UHGV virus genome: UHGV-0135730
Source of the DNA: a virus
DNA length: 54,321 bases
Direction: 5' to 3' (one strand)
Part shown: piece after piece, positions 35,298 to 43,335 of the stretch
How positions within the stretch are numbered: position 1 is the stretch's first letter
Layout of the letters: every line of letters starts with the position of its first letter
Made by a program: the position numbers and the translations under genes
Notes under the pieces: model-generated
Databases searched by the model: none
Seen by the model: the letters and a program-made list of their open reading frames with translations, nothing else
What the model was told of the DNA's origin: nothing

Positions 35298-36002
35298 TTA
35301 ACCGACCTTGCTTGATCCGGGAAAACATGAAATTGGTAACGGATTGGGGCGCGGGAAACGCAAACGGCAACCGCTCAGGCGGTGGCTGCATTTATCCAGC
35401 TTTGGATCGCTGGTCGATTCGTCTTTATCTGTAGCTACAGGGCCGCCACTGTATCCGCAACCGTCGCCCCGGTATTGCCACTGGCAAACGTCAGCAAGGA
35501 TTGTGCGCCCAGGAATAACCGCCTTGTCAGCATCAATTGGCGTTGACAGTTCATACTGCACCTGGTCGGCTGTTTCTTCGCTCATCGCCTCAACGACGTA
35601 AAAAGATACAGCCTCGATAGATGGATCTGCATCCGGGTTGCCGTTGGGGAAATTAACGGCGTCCAGGTATTTTACTTCCACTTGGCGGCGCGTAACCTTC
35701 ATTCCTCGCAGGTCGTTAAAATCGTTGTTCATCCCGGTGATTAGCCCGCCAATGTTGGCTACTACCATTTGCGGGCGCGAGTAAACGCCTTCGTTTTTCA
35801 TTTCGAAGCCAGTAGCCTCGATTGGGTAGCTGTTGTAAGTCACTCCCTTCCAGATAACCGGGCCGTAATAACCATTCGCGCCGGAATGGAAGCGGATAAC
35901 CTCGCCACCCAGGGGTGTGAGGTCTAATTCAAACAGGTCAATTACCGCGCCGACTCCGGCATCGACGGAATCAATAATCATTTCTGTAGGTATGGTGCGC
36001 AT
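35298..36002 (-). CDS. Minor tail protein L-like
   Basis: 234 aa, position and C-terminal Cys cluster as in lambda L. Confidence 0.65.
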   Translation of the reverse strand: MRTIPTEMIIDSVDAGVGAVIDLFELDLTPLGGEVIRFHSGANGYYGPVIWKGVTYNSYPIEATGFEMKNEGVYSRPQMVVANIGGLITGMNNDFNDLRGMKVTRRQVEVKYLDAVNFPNGNPDADPSIEAVSFYVVEAMSEETADQVQYELSTPIDADKAVIPGRTILADVCQWQYRGDGCGYSGGPVATDKDESTSDPKLDKCSHRLSGCRLRFPRPNPLPISCFPGSSKVG

Positions 36003-36020
36003 TTTATCACCTTGTCATTT

Positions 36021-36084
36021 TGTGATCGCCATCACGCTAAATCATACCAAAACGGTTGATCGCGTTTTTTACAATACGTATATT
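36021..36084 (+). promoter_or_regulatory. CRP-like palindrome plus sigma70 promoter for cargo cassette
   Basis: TGTGATCGCCATCACG (36021-36036) centred about 62 bp upstream of predicted start; TTGATC-17-TATATT at 36056-36084. Confidence 0.5.
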
Positions 36085-36100
36085 GTACTCAAAAGGAAGC

Positions 36101-36286
36101 ATGGTTAACAAAATGGCGCGGAGGTGTGAGGTGGATGATAAGGTGTGGAGGTTGACGGTGTTCCTTAGTGATGGCAGGAAAATGACTGTAGCTCTGTATA
36201 AGGATGAAGGCGAGGCACTGACTGACGCGCTTTTACTTGCTGAAGACGATCGCGTTTTGGGGTACAGGATCGAACCTGTCAAATGA
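36101..36286 (+). CDS. Hypothetical protein (cargo cassette)
   Basis: Start at MVNK with AAGGAAG RBS. Confidence 0.5.
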   Translation: MVNKMARRCEVDDKVWRLTVFLSDGRKMTVALYKDEGEALTDALLLAEDDRVLGYRIEPVK

Positions 36287-36298
36287 GAGGTTAACGAA

Positions 36299-36646
36299 AT
36301 GCAAAAATATAGTCTTGATGTGTGGTTAAGTGGTTGCAAGGAGTGTTTCGGATTATTTGATAGCGAAGAGGCAGCTTTGGAAGAAGGAAGGATTCTTGAA
36401 TGTAGTTTAGGCCATCCAGTGAAATATGCTGCTAATCCGGTGCAGGTAAATGATGAGGTGGAAAACATGAACCCGAAAGATATTAACTTTAACGTCAATG
36501 TTGAATTTGCAGGCTCTATGGATCAGGCTTGCCCTGGTGAAATCCACGCAAAAGGCTTCCCGGCTGACGATCCTGAGGCAAAACGCGAATACGAAAAAGC
36601 GGCGAAAGACTTCTGCATTGATAACCTGGGCGCATTCGATAAATAA
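36299..36646 (+). CDS. Hypothetical protein (cargo cassette)
   Basis: 115 aa ORF on strand opposite to tail operon. Confidence 0.55.
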   Translation: MQKYSLDVWLSGCKECFGLFDSEEAALEEGRILECSLGHPVKYAANPVQVNDEVENMNPKDINFNVNVEFAGSMDQACPGEIHAKGFPADDPEAKREYEKAAKDFCIDNLGAFDK

Positions 36647-36655
36647 GGCGGCAAC

Positions 36656-36904
36656 ATGGGGCGGCGCAATCACGGCGATTATGTGTACACGTTGAAACAG
36701 GCCGCCCGCCTAGTTGGTTATCATGAACACGAATTTATTGATTTGCTGATTGAGCGCGGGATACTGTACCAGGTCTGTTTAACGCTGTACCCGAAAGCGA
36801 AATACCTACAGGAAAAGTTATTCATCATCATGACGGATGAAAACCAGGTTAACCATTCATTCGTCACGGATAAGGGCGTTAATTATCTGCGTGATAACTT
36901 ATAG
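36656..36904 (+). CDS. Putative HTH DNA-binding protein (cargo cassette)
   Basis: YTLKQAARLVGYHEHEFIDLLIERGIL resembles MerR/excisionase-type HTH. Confidence 0.45.
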   Translation: MGRRNHGDYVYTLKQAARLVGYHEHEFIDLLIERGILYQVCLTLYPKAKYLQEKLFIIMTDENQVNHSFVTDKGVNYLRDNL

Positions 36905-36914
36905 GTGACAGATT

Positions 36915-37031
36915 ATGAAAATAGAAGTTTTGGCGCTAATAATAATGGGATTGATAGTATTTGGCGTTCATGCTGTAGATCTGGACTGGAAAACGATAGC
37001 GGAAAATATAGCATTAATGGAAATGGAATAA
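36915..37031 (+). CDS. Small hydrophobic peptide (38 aa)
   Basis: MKIEVLALIIMGLIVFGVHAVDLDWKT...; last ORF before terminator. Confidence 0.35.
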   Translation: MKIEVLALIIMGLIVFGVHAVDLDWKTIAENIALMEME

Positions 37032-37034
37032 TAA

Positions 37035-37062
37035 TAACCCCGCTTCTCGCGGGGTCGTGTTT
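37035..37062. terminator. Bidirectional terminator hairpin
   Basis: Hairpin CCCCGC-TTCTC-GCGGGG with flanking A/T runs. Confidence 0.55.
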
Positions 37063-37258
37063 ATACGCCATCAACCAAAAATAAAACCTCCTTCCCTTCC
37101 CGGGATCTACACCCCACGTACCCATCGCCAACGTCGTGAAGATACCATATATCGCCGTTGTCAGCTTTTACAGTAAGGTCGTTGATCTCATAGTCGTCAA
37201 ACAATGTAAAAGCGTAAGTTTTGTCAACTACACAAGTCCCGTACATAACAACCCCCAT
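37061..37258 (-). CDS. Hypothetical protein downstream of M
   Basis: 65 aa ORF, start overlaps M stop. Confidence 0.4.
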   Translation of the reverse strand: MGVVMYGTCVVDKTYAFTLFDDYEINDLTVKADNGDIWYLHDVGDGYVGCRSREGKEVLFLVDGV

Positions 37259-37611
37259 TAGCCAACAACTTGTTCAAACGTTGCGTTTAGCGTGTACACA
37301 GGCCCGTCTTTGGTCATGCTCCAGCTACGGCAAACGAAAAGCCTTTGCACCCCGTCGATCGATGGAGTCCAGTAAAACGCCTCGACAGCGCCGCGCGCCC
37401 TCAAAAATGCTTCGGCCTGGATCGCCACGTTTCCACCATCACCACATCCCGCGCTACTGCCTTTGAAAACCAGGGTGTAACTATCAAGCAACGTGTTAAT
37501 CCCTTTCGCCTGGCGCTGTTCATAACCATCACCAAGTTTAACGACAGACACATTTGGTTCCCTGGTCACGCTGTAGCTTCTTTGCGGCGTCCATCTGAAA
37601 ACTTCTGGCAT
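37258..37611 (-). CDS. Minor tail protein M-like
   Basis: 117 aa; position after tape measure; GGGGG RBS. Confidence 0.65.
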   Translation of the reverse strand: MPEVFRWTPQRSYSVTREPNVSVVKLGDGYEQRQAKGINTLLDSYTLVFKGSSAGCGDGGNVAIQAEAFLRARGAVEAFYWTPSIDGVQRLFVCRSWSMTKDGPVYTLNATFEQVVG

Positions 37612-37639
37612 GATTCCCCCTATAAGTTACATATTGCAT

Positions 37640-37668
37640 ACATCTTTACGCGCCTCTACGCGAAAAAT
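37640..37668 (-). promoter_or_regulatory. Conserved 29-nt element upstream of M (second copy at portal start)
   Basis: Minus strand ATTTTTCGCGTAGAGGCGCGTAAAGATGT; near-identical to 49853-49881. Confidence 0.45.
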
Positions 37669-37739
37669 GAGAAATTCATCACAAGAATTATAACCAGTTT
37701 ACAAAATGGCTTCACATAAGGCGTGACAAGATGTATATA
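37668..37739 (+). promoter_or_regulatory. CRP-like site plus TACAAAATGG-type promoter for cargo cassette
   Basis: TGAGAAATTCATCACA (37668-37683); GTTTACAAAATGGC then TTCACA-17-TATATA (37711-37739). Confidence 0.5.
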
Positions 37740-37779
37740 GTAAGCAAGAAGAAAAAGCAGTACCGACAAGGGGGGCAAT

Positions 37780-37935
37780 ATGGAACGCTATGTGGTTGTG
37801 ATGCTGAACAAAGCATTCGAACAGGTGGAAGTTGCGATTGTGAAGGGCTTTGATGATGCATTCAAATACGGTCAATTCATGATGAATGCAAAAGAAGATG
37901 AATACCGTGATTTCTTCCTGAAAGTGGTCAACTAA
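37780..37935 (+). CDS. Hypothetical small protein (cargo cassette)
   Basis: 51 aa ORF. Confidence 0.45.
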   Translation: MERYVVVMLNKAFEQVEVAIVKGFDDAFKYGQFMMNAKEDEYRDFFLKVVN

Positions 37936-37953
37936 TGGATTGCGGGGTGGGTT

Positions 37954-38208
37954 ATGAAATTGGTAATGATTGGTAAAAACCTGAAAGCACAGAAAAACGC
38001 ACAGGACCGGATCATCAAAAAGGGCAAGGCTTTATTAAATGCTTTCCTGAAAAAAGAGGCCAACCCCAAAAAATTACGCGATGGCTACGGTTATAAATTT
38101 GACATCAACCCCGATTGGCGGTTATTCAGCGAAGATTTAAAGATGTGGTTAATTATTGACCACCTGGAATATAACAGGCACTGTGGGGTGAAAGGTGCTC
38201 ACAAGTGA
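37954..38208 (+). CDS. Hypothetical basic protein (cargo cassette)
   Basis: 84 aa ORF. Confidence 0.5.
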   Translation: MKLVMIGKNLKAQKNAQDRIIKKGKALLNAFLKKEANPKKLRDGYGYKFDINPDWRLFSEDLKMWLIIDHLEYNRHCGVKGAHK

Positions 38209-38239
38209 CACGGATTTGAATGTTGCGGAGGAAAACAAA

Positions 38240-38410
38240 ATGAAAAATCCGGCAAATAAAAGCAACGTAAAACGCATAGCCTGGGTGCTAAAATATATGG
38301 ATAGTAAAGGGGATACATATACATGCCCATTTTTCAGGTATACTGACGCGGTATTTGCCAGAAGTGTACACGGAGGGAAAATTGAGAGAGGATATACAAG
38401 ATTTGAGTAA
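38240..38410 (+). CDS. Hypothetical small protein (cargo cassette)
   Basis: Start at MKNPANK with GGAGG RBS. Confidence 0.45.
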   Translation: MKNPANKSNVKRIAWVLKYMDSKGDTYTCPFFRYTDAVFARSVHGGKIERGYTRFE

Positions 38411-38448
38411 ATTTATTCACGAAATCAATAACATGACGAAGGTTAACA

Positions 38449-38628
38449 ATGGTTATTCATGAGACTGAAGAATGCAGAAGTATTAATCTTAGTATTGAAG
38501 ATGACGGGAGATTATGGATCGTTAGCGACTGCGAGATGATTGTAATAGACCAAAAGCAAGCTGACGAACTAATAAGAGCATTACAGCTTTATGCAAACGG
38601 CGAATTTAAAAATGATGAAATTGAATAA
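38449..38628 (+). CDS. Hypothetical small protein (cargo cassette)
   Basis: 59 aa ORF ending at terminator. Confidence 0.45.
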   Translation: MVIHETEECRSINLSIEDDGRLWIVSDCEMIVIDQKQADELIRALQLYANGEFKNDEIE

Positions 38629-38632
38629 AGAT

Positions 38633-38665
38633 AACCCCGGCATTGTACCGGGGTTTTGTTTATTT
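38633..38665. terminator. Bidirectional rho-independent terminator
   Basis: Hairpin CCCCGG-CATTGTA-CCGGGG followed by TTTTGTTTATTT. Confidence 0.7.
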
Positions 38666-41008
38666 CCTGCGAGGTTGCAACATTCCTCCGGGTCGTTGCG
38701 ATTCCCTTGCCATCATTTTCATCGCGACGCGTTCCATCGTCTGTTCAAGTCTGCGACTGTCTTCGTCGCTAAATCCGTTTGTGGTCTGTACGGTGATGTT
38801 AACAGGCATATTGATGCCGCCGCCGCTGAAGAGATCACGGCCAGGAATTACCCTACCATTCTCGCCAGGAATCATATACTGACGCCCGTTGCTCGTCTGG
38901 AATAGCTCTGGGATTCCGTGCTCACCTACGCGATACAGGCTGCCACCATTAACAGAACCACCATTATAACGCCCGCCACCAAAGATTGACGTTGCCAGCG
39001 ACATGATCGCAGAAAGCGCCGCAGCACCAGCCGCCGCCCAGCTACCACCAGTTGACGCCGCAGTCGCCGCCGCCGCTGGGGCCGCCGCCGCTGCAATCTG
39101 GCCTTGTGCCGCTACTGCGCCAGCCGTTGTACTTGCCTGGGTAGCCTTGCTTTGCGTTTCCATCATCAATTGATCTGCTATCCAGTTAGCGGCAATTTCT
39201 GACAGTTTGTTGCCAACGGTGTTAAGTATGCTACTTCCCAGGTTGGCGAAAACCTCGCTTAATGATTGAGTGCCGTTTAGCAGTCCGGTAAGGGCATTAC
39301 CCATGCCACCCTTCAGGCCGCTGACGCACGCACCAATCAGGCCGTTTGTTTCGCTTTGCGCCTGCCATTGTTCCCATTTCAGATCTCTGATCTGTTGTTC
39401 ATATTCCAATAGCGCCTGTTTCTGTTGCGCCTCTGTAGCGCCCAAGTCTATCAGCATTTGTTTGCGAACGGCCCATTCATTTTGTGCCTGCTTGATTGGG
39501 TCAATTTCTCCCTTAAGCTGGTCCATCGGGCTGACTATGTGATCCCATTTGTCGCGTAGCTCATCAACAGGGATTTGCGCCAATTCGTCCTTCAGTTCCT
39601 TGCCTATCCCTTTCTGCGCGGCCTTGTACTCAAGTAGGGTTATTTTGCCCTGGGCGAATGCAGCTTCAATGGCCTTGCCGTTCTCTAATGCTTTGCGCAT
39701 AGCGGCGGCGTCCTTGTTGTACTGGTCGGACACTTTTATGCCTTCATCACCAAGCCGATCAGCTTCAGATTTCTTGTCCTTTTTGCCCTTTTTCCCTTTT
39801 TTAGGCTTACCGACTGGCTGATCGAATCCGGTGATCTTGCCATCGTCAGCCTCATCCTGTTTCTGCATTAACTCATCATAGGCGGCGGTCGCGTTTTTAA
39901 TGTCGTTTGCAAACGTCATGACTTTGCCGACGGTGGGGCCAAATTTTTTCTCGTTGTTGCTGTTTAGCTCTTCCTTGCGTTTATCGACGATCTCCTTCAT
40001 CCACTTGTAACCATCCATTAGCGCTTTGATTGGCGTTACCATTTTGATGATTTCTTCCGCCACCTCACCAGCCTTAACAGCAACGTCGTCAAACATGTCG
40101 ATGAACTCGTTACCAGCGGTTTTAAGTGTGTTGAAACAGGTTGCGGCGAATTTTGCGCCTTTACCCAATCCCTCAACGCCACCAGTGATTAAGTCTATTG
40201 CTGTTACAACGCCGTCAGATATGCCGAAAAGATCATCAAGCTGTTCGACAAGTCCCATAACCTCAACTTTAAGCTCGTTGAAGGCCATGCCGGATGTGCG
40301 AGGCAACTGCGCAAACTTCTCGTTTGTTTCCTGCGTAGCGGCCTGGATCGCGTTAAGCATCCTTTCAGCCGTGATCTTGCCGTCCAGCATTTCAGCGCGG
40401 AACTGACCCATAGACAACCCCATTTGGCGGGCCATTTCCTGTATGATTGTTGGTGTGTTGTCACGTATTGAGTTAAATTCCTCAGCCTGCAACACGCCAG
40501 CATCAATAGCCTGGCGGAACTGAAGCATGGAGTTTGATAGTTGTTCCGCAGACACGCCGCCCAGGTTGCCGAGTTTTTGCAGCGTGCTAACCAGGTTGAG
40601 TACCTGGCCTTCTGTAGCGGATGTGTTTTTTAGCGATATAGCAAGACCTTGCCACAGGGCACCAGTATCCTTGAGGCTTTGGCCTGTTTCTTTTGATATA
40701 TCTTTCAGTCTGTTGAAAACACGTTCCGTGGCCTCCGCTTCACCTGTAAGCAGTTTGATTTTTACGCGAAGCATTTTCGCTTGCTCCGCCATGTCAATAA
40801 ACTGGCGTACAGCCTCCGCAGCAAGTAGCAAATGGATAACCCTGGATAGCGCTTTGATTGAAGTCTTAAGCGTGTTCACCTGGCGGTCAGCGCGTTTTGC
40901 GCCACGCTCGATGCTGTCAAAAGCCTGGTCTGCCTGTCGTTGAGCAACGAGAAGTTGACCAGTTTTTGCATCAACTTCGTAGTAAATTGTACCTAAACTA
41001 GTTGCCAT
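38660..41008 (-). CDS. Tail tape measure protein
   Basis: 782 aa, coiled-coil rich with Gly/Ala-rich segment; between chaperone and M. Confidence 0.85.
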   Translation of the reverse strand: MATSLGTIYYEVDAKTGQLLVAQRQADQAFDSIERGAKRADRQVNTLKTSIKALSRVIHLLLAAEAVRQFIDMAEQAKMLRVKIKLLTGEAEATERVFNRLKDISKETGQSLKDTGALWQGLAISLKNTSATEGQVLNLVSTLQKLGNLGGVSAEQLSNSMLQFRQAIDAGVLQAEEFNSIRDNTPTIIQEMARQMGLSMGQFRAEMLDGKITAERMLNAIQAATQETNEKFAQLPRTSGMAFNELKVEVMGLVEQLDDLFGISDGVVTAIDLITGGVEGLGKGAKFAATCFNTLKTAGNEFIDMFDDVAVKAGEVAEEIIKMVTPIKALMDGYKWMKEIVDKRKEELNSNNEKKFGPTVGKVMTFANDIKNATAAYDELMQKQDEADDGKITGFDQPVGKPKKGKKGKKDKKSEADRLGDEGIKVSDQYNKDAAAMRKALENGKAIEAAFAQGKITLLEYKAAQKGIGKELKDELAQIPVDELRDKWDHIVSPMDQLKGEIDPIKQAQNEWAVRKQMLIDLGATEAQQKQALLEYEQQIRDLKWEQWQAQSETNGLIGACVSGLKGGMGNALTGLLNGTQSLSEVFANLGSSILNTVGNKLSEIAANWIADQLMMETQSKATQASTTAGAVAAQGQIAAAAAPAAAATAASTGGSWAAAGAAALSAIMSLATSIFGGGRYNGGSVNGGSLYRVGEHGIPELFQTSNGRQYMIPGENGRVIPGRDLFSGGGINMPVNITVQTTNGFSDEDSRRLEQTMERVAMKMMARESQRPGGMLQPRRK

Positions 41009-41027
41009 GATTTAACCTCATGAAAAT

Positions 41028-41089
41028 TGTGATCTAGATCTCTATTCTATACAAAATGGCTTCAGTTCAACGAATACATTTTGTATAAA
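41028..41089 (+). promoter_or_regulatory. CRP-like site plus TACAAAATGG-type promoter for cargo cassette
   Basis: TGTGATCTAGATCTCT (41028-41043) centred about 60 bp upstream of predicted start; TATACAAAATGGC then TTCAGT-17-TATAAA. Confidence 0.5.
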
Positions 41090-41165
41090 GAAGATAAAAG
41101 AAAGGGATAGAGCGAAGGGACTTAAAAGGCCGGATTAACCGGAGGAAGCAAAAGAGGATAAGAAA

Positions 41166-41255
41166 ATGAAAAACGTAAACTACCACCCCAACGAGCATGA
41201 GCGTTATGCCGACTTCATCAAAGAAATGTTGAAAGCACTTAAAAACAAAAACTAA
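41166..41255 (+). CDS. Hypothetical small protein (29 aa)
   Basis: MKNVNYHPNEHERYADFIKEMLKALKNKN; precedes secreted-protein gene. Confidence 0.35.
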   Translation: MKNVNYHPNEHERYADFIKEMLKALKNKN

Positions 41256-41267
41256 GCGGGGTGAGTT

Positions 41268-41684
41268 ATGAAACGGTTAATTAGAGCGGCAATGATGGCG
41301 GTAATGGTTGGTTTGGCATTCAACGCAAATGCAAACGATGTAATAAATATAAACTGCGATGAAGTAGCAAATAACGTTGCCGAATACCATAAAATTTTCA
41401 AGAAGGAACCCGCAGCCATCAAGGTTTTTTATAAAGCAATTGACAAGCATTTCGAAGGTAAACCAGTTTATGCAAGATGGTTTAATTATGGGCTTGTGAA
41501 GGAGGCTGCTGTAGGTGTCGTATTCGAAGGTAACAATGAAATAAGAAACAGAATAGCCAACGAGTGCAACGCTGATAAAGCCGCATTTGCTGAAAGAATA
41601 TTTAACGAAGGCGGCGCGGGTGTTAAAAATCATGCTATCGTTGATTTAGGTAACGGCAGAATTGAAATTGTAAGGATCAGATAA
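41268..41684 (+). CDS. Secreted protein of unknown function (cargo)
   Basis: Cleavable signal peptide MKRLIRAAMMAVMVGLAFNANA; own promoter and terminator on opposite strand. Confidence 0.6.
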   Translation: MKRLIRAAMMAVMVGLAFNANANDVININCDEVANNVAEYHKIFKKEPAAIKVFYKAIDKHFEGKPVYARWFNYGLVKEAAVGVVFEGNNEIRNRIANECNADKAAFAERIFNEGGAGVKNHAIVDLGNGRIEIVRIR

Positions 41685-41708
41685 TGAGCACTATCAAAAA
41701 GCATCATC

Positions 41709-41733
41709 GACATATAACGCCCGGTTCTACCGG
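41709..41733 (+). terminator. Rho-independent terminator after secreted-protein gene
   Basis: Hairpin GCCCGG-TTCTA-CCGGGC followed by TTTTTCTT. Confidence 0.7.
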
Positions 41734-42413
41734 GCTTTTTCTTGCTCGCGTTTTTTCATCAATTCCAGCACCCTTTTAGCCGCTCCCATTTGCTCATCAT
41801 AATCACGTTTATTTATATGAACGTTTGGTTTACCTTTCTCGTTTCTTTCGTCTGGCGGCGTTTTAGCGCGTACAGCGGCCCTATATCCGGTCATTGTCAT
41901 GCCCCACGCTTCAGATTCAGACAATCCCAAGTGAGCAACGGCGGAGTAAACATACTCAAGGATGTCGAATGTTGGCTTGTACTCACCTTCCTGGTTTGTG
42001 ACCGTGTCTTCTTCTGGACCGTCACCAATTAAACCGTGATACATACAGTGTTGCGCCAGCGTGATAACGTCGCTGGTGGGCATCAATCCCGGTTTCATTC
42101 TCAACTTACCCGAAGGAGTAAAGCTGCATTCGCCCAATAACGGGCCTATTTCGCATTCTGAGCAACATTTCAGTACGTGGATGGACGTTTGCACCAGTTC
42201 ACCATAACAACGCGCCAGAATGCGATTGCGGAGGTCTGAATCAGTTGGCAAACGTTGTGGGTATCTGCCACCGTGCACCGTTGCGAAGTATTCTACCAGC
42301 TCCCTGTCGCTGCCGATCTTAGCCATTGCAGCAAAGCAGGGATTGAACTCGTAACGTCTGCCATCAACCACAACCGCAAATTGTCCTGTTCGAACATGGA
42401 TCATAACTGTCAC
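41727..42413 (-). CDS. Tail assembly chaperone-like protein
   Basis: Position between major tail and tape measure; basic C-terminus; no frameshift site identified. Confidence 0.4.
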   Translation of the reverse strand: MTVMIHVRTGQFAVVVDGRRYEFNPCFAAMAKIGSDRELVEYFATVHGGRYPQRLPTDSDLRNRILARCYGELVQTSIHVLKCCSECEIGPLLGECSFTPSGKLRMKPGLMPTSDVITLAQHCMYHGLIGDGPEEDTVTNQEGEYKPTFDILEYVYSAVAHLGLSESEAWGMTMTGYRAAVRAKTPPDERNEKGKPNVHINKRDYDEQMGAAKRVLELMKKREQEKAR

Positions 42414-42458
42414 CCTAAAAATAAAGGGGCCAAATGGCCCCGATGTTAATATTTACTG

Positions 42459-42935
42459 TTACATTGACGGAACGTCACCTACTGTGACCTTGCCAGCGCT
42501 TTCGCACTCAATGGACCAGGTGGACACATCGTCGTGCGGATCTTCTTCTTTAAAGGAGGTGCAAAGGAATGGGCCTTCGGTTACGTCGAGCGGGGAAACA
42601 AGTTTTAGCCAGACGTAAGGCTGCGCACCAGTTGTTTCGCCAGGGTTAATAACGTGGCGTTTAAGTGCTTTCTGGTTGTGGATCTCTTCGGTGCGGGATA
42701 CGCCGTCGCCGGAGAAAGAAACGGACTTGTAAGTTACCATTGATTCTTTGGTATAGTCTGCTGATTTATCAGCGGTGGCGTCTGCAGTTTCCCATTCTAC
42801 GGAAAGCGATTTGCCACGCATCATACCTAACGCTTTATAAGCGCTTTCTTCAGGTTTCGCATTAGGGCAAGCGATAGCGTAAAATGCGGCAACGTCGCGG
42901 CCTAAGAACGAACCTTTATCACAAGTCTGAGACAT
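42459..42935 (-). CDS. Major tail protein
   Basis: 158 aa, position upstream of chaperone/tape measure. Confidence 0.6.
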   Translation of the reverse strand: MSQTCDKGSFLGRDVAAFYAIACPNAKPEESAYKALGMMRGKSLSVEWETADATADKSADYTKESMVTYKSVSFSGDGVSRTEEIHNQKALKRHVINPGETTGAQPYVWLKLVSPLDVTEGPFLCTSFKEEDPHDDVSTWSIECESAGKVTVGDVPSM

Positions 42936-42948
42936 GTTTAGTTACCTC

Positions 42949-43335
42949 TTATCTTGATATGATGGTTTGGAAAGCTACGGTGAAGATGAAGCGCCCTTCC
43001 CTTGTCTGCATTGCAGGAATCGCGCCAATTGGTTTCATGTGTGTAATTTTATCAGTTTTGTATTCGGTTATCATACTCTGGCGTATTGCGTCGGCGAGAT
43101 CTTCCACTTCACTGATATTTGCGTCATTCCGCGCTGAAATAACCAGGATGCGAAAATAGTCACGGGTTACTGCTTCTTCACCAGCCGCACCGCCGTTTTG
43201 CTGTATGACAATATATCTGCTGTTATTCGAATTGGATCGCTCATTCCAGAAACGGGCCTGCAAAATATAACCTTCGTCGTACCCGTGGGATTTAATCCAA
43301 TCCCTTATTTCGTCATATACTTCGCTGCGTTTCAT
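42949..43335 (-). CDS. Tail completion / neck protein
   Basis: 128 aa, position between head-tail joining genes and major tail. Confidence 0.45.
   Translation of the reverse strand: MKRSEVYDEIRDWIKSHGYDEGYILQARFWNERSNSNNSRYIVIQQNGGAAGEEAVTRDYFRILVISARNDANISEVEDLADAIRQSMITEYKTDKITHMKPIGAIPAMQTREGRFIFTVAFQTIISR

Noticed and set aside
41727-42413. Programmed -1 frameshift (G/GT-type) in the tail chaperone gene
   Set aside because: No second overlapping ORF or clear slippery heptamer identified by eye; left as a single ORF.
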